Source: Psammoneis japonica (lineage: Eukaryota). Taken from it: a DNA stretch of 64,000 bases. Below the pieces are notes generated by a model, which saw only the letters and a list, made by a program, of their open reading frames with translations, was not told where the DNA came from and made no database searches. The DNA is taken from contig QPGO01000276.1 of the NCBI GenBank assembly GCA_008632985.1, positions 1-64,000 of the forward strand. The letters run 5' to 3'. Positions within the stretch are counted from its first letter, which is position 1. Each line of letters starts with the position of its first letter. Below, piece by piece: positions 48,003-58,079 of the stretch. The translations under genes were made by a program, and so were the position numbers.

Positions 48003-51000
48003 CTGTTGTCATTGCCATGTCGTGAACAACGCAATGCTTGTGGACCACCTGCTTGACGACCACATCCTGCCGACATCTGATTTCTTCTACAAGTGCCATG
48101 AACGTGACATCCAGCCACAGGACCCTGACTGCAAGTCATTGCGTCCTCACTTTGGCTTCCTCCTGAAGGACACCATCCACCGCACGTTCGATTGCATGAC
48201 CCAGCATGCCTGCATGCCAGTCAGCATGCACTTGAAAAAGGCATGCAAGTCACCCAACCCAGTGCTCAACGTCCATTGCTGCAACAAACCTGTTGCCACT
48301 GACACAGTCCACTCTGACACTCCTGCAATTGATCCCGCATGCATCAGAGCACAGTTCTTTGTTGGCACCGAATCTCTCGTCACCAATGTGCATGGCACCA
48401 AGACCAACAAAGAATTTGTCAACACCCTTGAAGACAACATTTGCAACTCCACAGTGCTCTGTCCAAACTCATCAGCGATTGTGCCCAAGTCGAAATCAGC
48501 AACAAGGTGCTTGGCATTCTCCCCGCCCTCTTCATCTCCAGTTGGCAAAGCCAGCCTCATCAACAGCACCAGAACTTCACTGAACATTGCTGCCAAACCA
48601 TCAAGAACATGGCCAACATCATCATGGATTGCTTCAGCTCACCGGCTTGCACATGGCTTGTTGCCCTCATGTGCGTGTGTTTTCTGCTGAATCACACCAC
48701 CTCTGCCAAGCTCCACTGGCGCACCCCAACTGATGTGCTGACCAGATCTGCTCCCAACATCAGCCCCCTCCTCCATTTTCACTGGTGGGAACCGGTGTGC
48801 TGCCATTTGGACGACTCCGACTGGCCCTCCGAATCCCGTGAACTGCGTGGTCACTTCGTTGGCATCGCTGAACACGTTGGCCACCACATGACCTTCAAGA
48901 TTCTTTCCAACGACACCCAGAAGATTCTTCACTGGTCAAATGTACGTTCTGCTGCCAGCACGCCCTCAAAGTGCAACTTGTGTCTTGATCCTCCTGATGG
49001 GGAGACTGCTGCACCCATCATCAAATCCCGCCATGACTCTGAAGATCCACCAAATTCATCAGATGGGGAGAAGATCAGGATGCCCAAGATGCCAGTCTTC
49101 AACCCCGAGGACATCATTGGATGCACCTTCCTCATGAAGCCACAAGAAGATGGACAGCACTGCCAAGCTTGCATCGTCAAAGCTGTCGAAGACCACAACT
49201 GGGAGATTGGCGACAACCCAGAGCTCATCCAGTTCATCTGCTCCGTCAACAACAACAAGTGTGAAGAAGTCCTTGCCTGCAACTGCATCATCAACCACAC
49301 AGAGCAAGGGGAAGATGACACCACTGTGTGGAAATTTTGACGCATCGCATTGCATGAAGGACCATTGAGGCCTCACGACCCCTCATGGAAAGGCTCAAGC
49401 TACAATGCAGTGCTCAAGTGGGAAAGTGGGGAGATCATGTCTGAGCCCCTGGCCATCATTGCCAAGGACAACCCTGCAACCTGCGCCATCTGCAAACATG
49501 AACATGGCCTTCTCAAAACCAATGGATGGAAGTGCTTCCAGAAGACAGCTCTCTGTGCCAGAAGAAGCTCTTTTGCATGGCCAACCAAGCCAAGCTTTGC
49601 TCCTTTCATGTGGCCCCACGTCACAAGTGCGGATGCGAAGTGCCCCGTGACTGCAGGCACACTTTTGCTCTTGACAAGTGCAATTGCAACCGCAAGTGGG
49701 GAGATGCAACAGACCTTGAGATGAATCAACTCAACAAATGTGAGGTCTTCCACAACTGTGGGCACTGCAAGGAATCCAGTGCGCCACCCAGACACAAGAA
49801 GATCCGCGTGCACCTGGTGTGCGATGTCAAACATGATGGCAGACACAAGGCTCGCCTTGTTGCCAATGGGCATCTCACCAACACACCCATTGACAGTGTG
49901 TGCTCTGGTGCAGTGTCTCTGTGTGGCCTCCAAATGATGATCTTCCTGGCTGAACTCAACAAGCCAGAGACATGGGCCACCAACATTGGCGATGCCCATT
50001 TGGAAGCTGCGACCAAGGAGAAGCCACACATTGGCCTTTGCCATGAAGGACCCACAGACCTTCGTTGACACTCTCATGGAGAAGCACAAGTTCAAGCTAA
50101 AAGGCACTGGCCCTCTGCAGTTTCACCTTGGCTGTGACTTCTGCTGTGACTCTGACAGCACACTTTGCACGGCCCCTCGCAAGTGCATCAAACGCATGGT
50201 TGAGAATCATGCACAACTGTTTGGGGAGAAGCCTTGCACCAATGCATTGTCACCACTCGAGAAAGGAGACCATCCCAAGCTGGACACCTCCGAACTGTCA
50301 GAACCCAAAGGTGTTCAACACTTCCAGTCTCTCATTGGGTCTTTGCAGTGGGCCGCATCCCTTGGGCGCATTGACATCACCACAGCCATCATGTCCCCAT
50401 CCAGCTTCCATGCCGCACCCCGTCAAGGCCATTTGGACCGTGCCAAGCGTGTCTGCAGTTTCCTGTCTAAGATGCGACATGGTGTCTCATGAGTGCACAC
50501 CAAGGAACCCGACTGTTTGGACCTTCCCAAGCCTGTGCACGGCAATGTGAAGGAACTGATCCTAGAAGACGCACCTCAGCCCCTTGGCAAATTCATCACC
50601 ACCACACATTGTGTTGATGCGAACTTGTTTCACTGCATGCTCACTGAGCACTCTGTCACGGGCATCCTTCACATCCTCAACAAGTTCCCGGCTGACTGGT
50701 TCTCCAAGAAACAAGCTGCGGTTGAGACCGCAACTTGTGGGTCTGAATTTGTTGCCACCAGGACTTGTGCAGAGCAAATCATTGATCTGCACACCACGCT
50801 GCATCACCTTGGGGTTCCGATTCATGACCAATGTCACATGTTCAGGGACAACAAGTCAGTTGTTGACAGCACCACCATCCCGCACTCCAAGTTACACAAG
50901 CGACACACCACCCTCTTGTTCCACCGTGTGTGTGAGGTGATTGCCTCCAGTTTCCTCAGGTTCCACTTTGTCAAAGGTTCTTGCAACCCCACTGACGTCC

Positions 51001-51411
51001 TCAGCAAACACTGGGGATGCTCCCAGATTTGGAACCTCCTTGGCCCTCTAATGTTTTGGAACTTTGATTCCGAGGCCTTCAGTGATTCTGACTTTGAATC
51101 GGTTGCTGTGGACTCTTCAAGCAAACTGGGGAGTGACAGAATTTGAACAAGATTTTAGTTTGTCACACACAATCATGTGTGCTCTTAGTTCTGCGTGCAG
51201 TGCGCAATGCAGTTTGCTTTTGAGCCACTTGGCTCACAAGAATGATGACAGCAGCACCGATGTCACAACAACAGTCTTTCGGCTCCTGCAATGGTCTCTG
51301 CATGGAGACTCATCTGCCATTTAGACAGCAGCAAGGAGTCATTGTTTTCTTCCACCCAGTCATCTTTAATTTCTGTCAGATTGCAAGGGGCCGGGAGCAG
51401 TTTGTTGGCAT

Positions 51412-51413
<2 letters not shown>

Positions 51414-51446
<33 letters not shown>
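51414..51446 (+). repeat. (CT)n microsatellite
   Basis: Directly visible. Confidence 0.9.
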
Positions 51447-51449
<3 letters not shown>

Positions 51450-52034
51450 AAAAGGGTGTGTGTTGGCTAGATGTTGCTTCTTTCTCAAAAACTGCACCAT
51501 GTGGAAAAGAAGTGAGGAGTCTGTGTCAATGTTTGGTCCATTCTACATGAGGTGGGTGTCCACCTTTCATGGTGTTGTGACTGGGACAGATGAAATGTTG
51601 CTTGGAAGGGCCTGGGTGTGTGTGGATGGATGGGTGGATGGATGGGTTTGCAATTTACAAAGTTCAGAGCACAAGGAGCAAAGTGACACAATTGTCAAGT
51701 GAACGGTGCTTGCTGGCTTCAATTGACAGCCACACCCTCAAGGTGAGACCCCAGATGGGACTCTGATGCATGTTGAAAACTCCTGGTTGTGGCACATGGC
51801 CACAGAGCTCTGCAGTGTGTGAGCAGCTGCTCAATGCATGGGGAGCATGCGGGCAGCAGCTGGGTCAAGCTCAGCAAAGTGCGCCCCAAATGGTGTGGAG
51901 TGTGCATGCATTTTTCTCTCCAGCTCTGCATTTTTTAGCTCTTTCACAATTCCACTTTCCCCACCCAACAATGAAATTGACTGTTTCTTCAAATGCAAAC
52001 ACCCCGCCTTGAGAGGAGCTTGTCTGGATCTGCC

Positions 52035-53250
52035 TCACTTCCATGGCAGAGCCTGTAGAATCTGGGCGGTTCCAATGCACAGCAAATCCCCGTCGCCAAA
52101 CTCATCTGTGATTGTAAAGGAACAGAGGGTGCCTGGAATGGTGGACACTGTAAAGGTGCACAACTCACCAGCATTGGCAATGGTCCAAGGAAAAATGTCC
52201 ACCAAGACGCTGCCATTGCACACCAGACAAAAACCCATTTTGGAAGGAACAGCATCCAACATGATTTCACCACAAACAGTGTGGGCATTGGATGTGGCGA
52301 TGCTGGTTTGAGCATTGGACGGGAGATCTCCATGGTGGGTGCTGCTGAGCCGCAATCCACACAAGCCATGGTTGATGCGGTCGGGCTTGACGTGGTTGGC
52401 ATCATGGCGGGAGACCTTGTTGGCGACTCTGTCCATGGTGCCTCTGCAATGAAATCAACCACTTGTTCTTTGGCAAATGTTCCATTTCCACGAATCAAAG
52501 AATTGCCTGGACGAGAACAATTTGTGCCACAATGAACATGACAAAAACTGCCAGCATCCATTCTGTCTTGGCCCATGTCAGAAAAGGCAAAGGTGCAGGC
52601 CAGCCCGGCCTGTGCGGAAAGCGGCGCTGTGACCAAATGATTTGGCAATCCCCGACAGACTCTGGCGGGAACATTGGCAATGTTTGTTCCCTTGCAGTCC
52701 AGTTTCCATCCAGTCTCTTGTGGTTTGCTGTCCAACTGAATCACCACTGAAAGCAACTCGCAGCTTGTCGGTGCCATGGTTGTTGTCGGCATTGGAGATG
52801 GAACTGGGGAAGTTGACGTAGCTGCAGTTGGAGTGGCAGCTTTTGTTCCTGCTGCTGAGTCATTGTTGCTGCTTTTCATGGTCATTGGAACCACGACACC
52901 AATCGCAATGCCGGCCACAAGCAGTGCAATGAGAAGAATCCCCAAATGACACTTCCAGGGCTTGATCGGGACTGCATCTTCTGCACACAGAAGATTCTTG
53001 TTTTCATCTTCCTCTGGAGAGACAATGCAAGCTTCTAGAATCACATCATGCCCATTGGAGTGTCCACAATTGTCCCCATTTGCAAGCTGTGGTGCAGTTG
53101 ATGACTCTGGTCATGTGACTGAATGCTTGGAACTGCCGGGCTCTGTAATGCGCGCAACCCCCGGGAGAGATGATGCTTGTTCCTTTTGGCTTTTTTTGCT
53201 TTCTGCTGTTCAAATCAACAACAACATGACCTGCTGCTGCTCGATTCTTG
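52035..53250 (-). pseudogene. Single-pass membrane protein with Pro/Thr stalk and two extracellular repeats, hypermutated
   Basis: TM segment LGILLIALLVAGIAIGVVV. Two repeats: IQLDSKPQETGW..CTFAFSDMGQD and IMLDAVPSKMGF..CSFTITDEFGDG. Frameshifted; 5' end uncertain. Confidence 0.55.
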
Positions 53251-53549
53251 CAGCTTTCATTGTCTTTTTGCCTCATTGAATCGACTGCAAGACAAAGGTG
53301 TCTTTTGTTGTGCAGCAGCATCTTCTTGAGCAGAGGATTCTGAGCTCGTTGGAGGGAGAGGCGACTCTTTGGGCTCCATGATGTCTGCTTCCACAATGAC
53401 GCGTCAGCAATTTTGTGGTCAGACAAAAATTCTTTTGTTGCAAAAAGAGAACAGCAACAGCCAAGAAGTGACTTTCAGGGTGTCATGTCATGCTTTGAAA
53501 TTTTTAGTTTTTGATCACAAACCAGGAAAGCCCATGTGCAGAAATGGAG

Positions 53550-54800
53550 TTGAGGGGGGGAGCAGCAAGAGGTTGCATGGGATGGGCTCTGCGAGAGCAG
53601 GAGGAAAAAAGGGGCTTGCGTGACAGCATGAGGGATGAAGAGAAGAAGGAGTGAGGAGAGTCGGAGATGGGAGGGAGGAAAGGAAGTGGAATGATGGACA
53701 ATGTTGCAGGCAAGGGTTTGGACAGCCCATTGAGAAGGGGTGGCAGAGCAACAGGTGCTGCCAAAGCGGTCGGAAGCAAGCTGGCACCAAGCAAAGTGTC
53801 AGAGGCTGGAAAGAGGGCGGAAGGAGAAGTGAGAGCACAGGAGAAGGCATCGAAGGATGCAGGGGAATGAAGGAAGGAGGAAGGGTCAGGCCAGGGAGCT
53901 TTGGGCTGGGTGCAGAAGGATGAGGATGAGGAGCCAAAGAGAAAGCAATGAAAGAAGAAACCAAGGCTGCCAAGATGGTCAAGGGCAAAAGGAAGGAGAA
54001 AGCCTCCAGCAGCGTTGAGGGCTTGGACAGCAAGGGGACCATCGGAGGTGCAAGAAGAAGGGCCCAAAAACTTGGATCTTGCACTCGCATGGTGTGCCTC
54101 AGCAAGGACAGGAGAAGAAGGGGTGGGCAGGCCAGGAGGAGGGCAGGGGGGGAACTTTTGGAATGGTGACATCAACAGCAATGCATCGATGTTGGGAAGG
54201 AGCAGAGAGGGATGCAGGAGGAGGGATGGCGGTGCCTGCATCAGCTGGGCAAAGGAGAGGCCGATGGGGGGGGGAGGTTGGTGGGCTTGAGATGAACGTC
54301 ATGAGAAGAATGACAGAACTTGGAAAGAGGAGCAAGGGTGTGCGCGACAATGAAGAGAGTGTCGCGGATGCTGTTGGAAAGCTTGGACTTGTGATTGCCC
54401 TTGCAAGCAAAGGCATGATCACCGAAGGCATCTAAAGCAGCATGGCCGCAGGAACAAGGAGAACCAACAAGGGAGGAAGGGATGACAGGGAGGCGAAGCT
54501 TGCGTTGAACAGCCACAGTGTACGCATCGGAGGCAAGGCGCGAGGTGGGAAGCGCCGAGAAAGAGCATGAAGCGAGAGACTGGTGAGAGGCGAAAGGAGG
54601 GAAGGAAGGGCAATTTGAACTTTGGAGGGGGCAGCGGCAAGGGCGGAAGAGAGGATGCGTTGTTGATGAGCATGGTAGAGGCGACGGGCCAGGCCTGTAG
54701 AGCGTGGCGGTCTTGACCAGGGCCGAAAGCGAAGGAGGGGCCGAGGAAGAATCGGAAGAGAGAGCAGAGGCAAAGGAACGGAAGATAGAGTAGAGTCGCC
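53550..54800 (-). mobile_element. 5'-truncated non-LTR retrotransposon with restriction-like endonuclease (CRE/R2-type)
   Basis: QRKLRLP..CSCG..LDAFGDHAFAC..SIRDTL zinc knuckle, then LCPAD..IAVDVT (PD-D/ExK nuclease; family RPAD) and FLLPFALDHLGSLG, across frameshifts. Confidence 0.75.
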
Positions 54801-54912
54801 ATCTCAGACCTTCAAGCCTACGTCGACTTTCATTCCCTGCAGCATGTGCCGTACTCGGCAAATCGAACAAAGTACATGTATGAACATCCCACGTTCAATG
54901 TAAAAGTCTTTG

Positions 54913-55850
54913 ATGAAGGATTTAAATGGTGGAGGTGAAAGTGATTACGAACGATTAGCGAAGAAAAGGATTGCCTTTATGTCGCAGCAGCGATCCACCA
55001 CTAGCTGCGTGGTTTCTGCTGCTGCTAGTTGGACGGATGATGACGACGAAGCGTTAAAGTCACTGGAAGACACGTTGAGGATGCGACTGCAATTCAAGTA
55101 CGGGAACTTTCAACTGAGTATCCGTAACCGTTTAACACCAAACGAGTTTGAAACATTCCGTCATATGTTGGATTAAGTGGAAGTCGAGTTGGGGAACCTC
55201 TCAATCCAAACGATGAAGAGGCAAAGCGGCTGCAGAAGGAATTGGACAAATGGGACAAATGGTGCAAGAAAATTCTGCATCCATCATCAAGACGAATGGA
55301 CCGTGTGGACCGTAGGAAGAAAGCTCTTGAGATGGACCACCACATCATGTACAGTCGTGTCCGTATCAAGAAGGGAAAGACGGCCCATATTAACCTCAGC
55401 AATACCGATGCTTCATCCATTATTTTCACCGGAGGAATTGACTACGAATGGTTCAATGGATACCGTTTCATGATTTTACCCGATGGTCACGGTGGCACCG
55501 ATTGCGAGGCAGGCGTCGGTGATGAAGAACGATTTGCGTACTGTTATGATCGGGATGACCTTGTCATGTTATGCTCGGCCTGTGGCAAGGATGCAACCAA
55601 ACGGTGTTCACGGTGTAGCTGTCAATGGTATTGTTCGAAGGAATGTTTGATGCAGCACTGGCCGGTCCATAAGAAACTATGTGGCAAGAACAAACCGACA
55701 TTGAGTCAGAATCAAATCAACTGTTTGAAAGGCTTCCATGACGCTCAAGCTATGCTGTTGTCAGGGTACACGAACGCCTCCAAGATTGACGCTATCATAC
55801 AGACGATGACGTCCAGGCATTCAAAAGTGCGTTCATCGACAAATCGCTGA
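54913..55850 (+). CDS. MYND zinc-finger protein; one apparent frameshift
   Basis: CSACGKDATKRCSRCSCQWYCSKECLMQHWPVHKKLC. Adding one G at ttggatta (~55170) joins ORF 54910-55176 to the MYND frame. Start uncertain. Confidence 0.75.
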
Positions 55851-56070
55851 TGAATTCAACGAATTTTTGGAATCCATAGGTACATCTTCTTGATCAATGA
55901 ATTAATCATATTTTCGCAACCCTAAACCACAATTTTCTCTGGGATTCTGGGATGTTATTGAAAAGCGGATACTGACACTGCCTATACCATGGCGGTCTAT
56001 CGATAAAGATGGGGATATACAGTGAGAATAGATTCGAGGAACCATCGCCTTGTAGGATTTTACCCATGCA

Positions 56071-57605
56071 TTAGTTAGCTCGTGCAAAAGACACCGCGTC
56101 GGCTTCTCGTAGAACTGAGAGAACTTGATCATGGACTTGCTTGTTACTACACAGCATATTTCTGGTTTCAAGACAGAATGGCGATCCATCCAAGTCCGTG
56201 ACAATGCCACCCGCCTCGTCAATCAAGAGTGCCCCAGCAACAAGGTCCCAGCTTGACAAATCATAACCAAAATGTGCCGTCAAACGACCGGCTGCCATCC
56301 ACGCCGTTGTCAGTGCCGAGCAAGCAATCACACGCAATCCCCGAGACACGCCGTTCAGCGCCATCATGCCGCGCATGGAGGTTTCAAACGCATTTGGGTC
56401 TGCGGGGCAACCCGCATTGATGAGAGCATCACCAATTTCTGTAATGGCCTGCGCAACCTGTATCTGCTCGCCATCCATAAAGGCGCCTTGACCCTTGATT
56501 GCCGTGAACATTTCATCGGCATGGGGATCATAAACGACGCCTACAATTGGGACACCTTTATATACGACACCCATGGTTACGGCAGACAAGGCCAATCCAG
56601 AAGCAAAGTTTGCTGTCCCGTCAATAGGGTCAACAATCCAGATGAAACCAGAAGGAGAAGATTCTAGTGCATTTGTAAGAGCCGCTTCACTCGCAGCTGC
56701 ACCGGGGTCCACATCTTCTTCTCCCAAAAAGCTGTGCTCGGGAAACTTGGATCGGACAATGTCCTCCACTATGGTTTGCGCATTCTTGTCGTATTCAGTC
56801 ACAATGTCTTTGATGCTGGTTTTGATTTTAGATTCATCTGACATTTCAGAACAGCATCCCGTGTTGGATCGAATCACCTTTCCAGCCTCTCGAGCCGCCT
56901 CCACGGCCGTTGACAATATCAATTCCAATCGTCCTTGGAGAGTTCCTTCCAGGCGTTTTCGTCAATTGCTGACGACTTTTTCCTGCTCTCTTTCGCAACT
57001 ATACTGTCTTTTTCTTTCTCTTCTTCTTGTTGTAGTTTAATAAAAGCGTCCTCCCACTCGGTAAAGGTGCGAGTGACCACAAACTCTTCAATCTTGAACT
57101 CGTCATTGAGTCGAAACCGCGTTTGACCTTCCACCGCCATGGGAGTATTCTTTGGAGCAATGCCACAACTCGTTCCAGTCCATGTTCCGGTTTCATACCA
57201 ATGCGCCACAACCCAATCGCCTCGTTGACCGCATTCTGGACCGTAATGAAATTTAACGACGCAATCCGGGTGAGCCGTGACAAAATCCATGCACCGATCC
57301 ACCAAATCCTGTGCCTTGACAGTGCGTTTGCTATCGTTGATTCCACAAACGTCGCGAATTGTTGCCTCTTGAGCAAAACAATCAAGAATCATTTCTGGAT
57401 CTTGTTGATTGACTCCCTCAAAGTACTGCTGAACAACAGTCTCCATGGCTGCTTTTGTTTCTTGATCGGAAAGAGTAGTAGAAGAAAAAAGACTCATTCT
57501 GTTGGTGTTTGTGTCACATCGAACTTTATTGAGTCCCACTATGCTAAAGGCGCTTGACCTCGATTAAAGAGACGCCAGTATAATGAGCTTGCTCTTTAGC
57601 ATCAT
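56071..57605 (-). CDS. Putative plastid-targeted SnoaL/NTF2-like + inositol monophosphatase fusion, disrupted as assembled
   Basis: IMPase motifs DIVTEYD, FLGEE, WIVDPIDGTANF and WDLVAG. SnoaL-like VQQYFEGVNQQD..DCFAQEA. One added T near 56928 joins the ORFs. Leader MMLKSKLIILASL*SRSSAF is in frame, with TAA at 57566-57564. Confidence 0.8.
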
Positions 57606-58079
57606 TGTCACACTACAACTCAAAGAAATAATGACAGCCGTCGACGTGTGTTGTCGGAGGGAGTTCCCGAGATTGAATCGGATTAGTCGGGAATCCCGTA
57701 GAAGATCTTAGAGGACGAAGAAGTTCGAAGAACAGCAAGACTCAGAAGACATTTGACAAGATTGAATTTAGACAGAACAGATCAGAAAGATCATAATTTT
57801 AGAAAAGCAAAAGTTTACAGAGAGACAGAATACGTACAGCCCTTGAAGCCCTCGAACATACTTCGAAGTATAATAGGCGAAGGCCCAAGAGGCTGGGAGA
57901 CTAGAGAGACACTTGAGTGTTAAGTAAGATGGAGATTGCAGGAGAGAAATCGGTGCGCTTACCAAGCTTTGATGGTGAGCATAAGAACTTTCAGATCTGA
58001 TGGATGAGGATGCTTGCGCATGCTAGTGTGTGCGGATTTGCGCAGGCAATGAACAAGACAGTTGAAGCAGCGGACTTGC

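Larger units (their letters stand above)
46090..51150 (+). mobile_element. Ty1/copia LTR retrotransposon (diatom CoDi-like), degenerate
   Basis: gag (WKGSTHAFTLHWQDQ), protease (ALIDCSTNGGIAG), integrase (PVATDTVHSDTPAID; PHQQHQNFTE), RT (KKIRVHLVCDVKHDGRHKARLVA; WATNIGDAHLEA), RNase H (CVDANL; ETATCGSEF; NPTDVLSKHW). RT core deleted near 50030. PPT-like ggggag then TGACAGA at 51134. 5' LTR not found. Confidence 0.92.
42941..54400. other. TpA/CpG-depleted hypermutated domain 5
   Basis: TA loss starts right after the tandem repeat and fades at about 54.4-54.5 kb. Confidence 0.85.

Noticed and set aside
46090..51150. Alternative genetic code or selection against Tyr as the explanation
   Set aside because: TA is missing in all frames and in non-coding DNA, and neighbouring genes use Tyr normally.
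42941..54400. Classical fungal RIP
   Set aside because: RIP converts CpA to TpA and raises TA; the pattern here is the opposite.
57860..57895. Primer-binding site of the second copia element
   Set aside because: ataggcgaaggccca only loosely resembles known copia PBS sequences, and the LTR end cannot be fixed without the 3' LTR.
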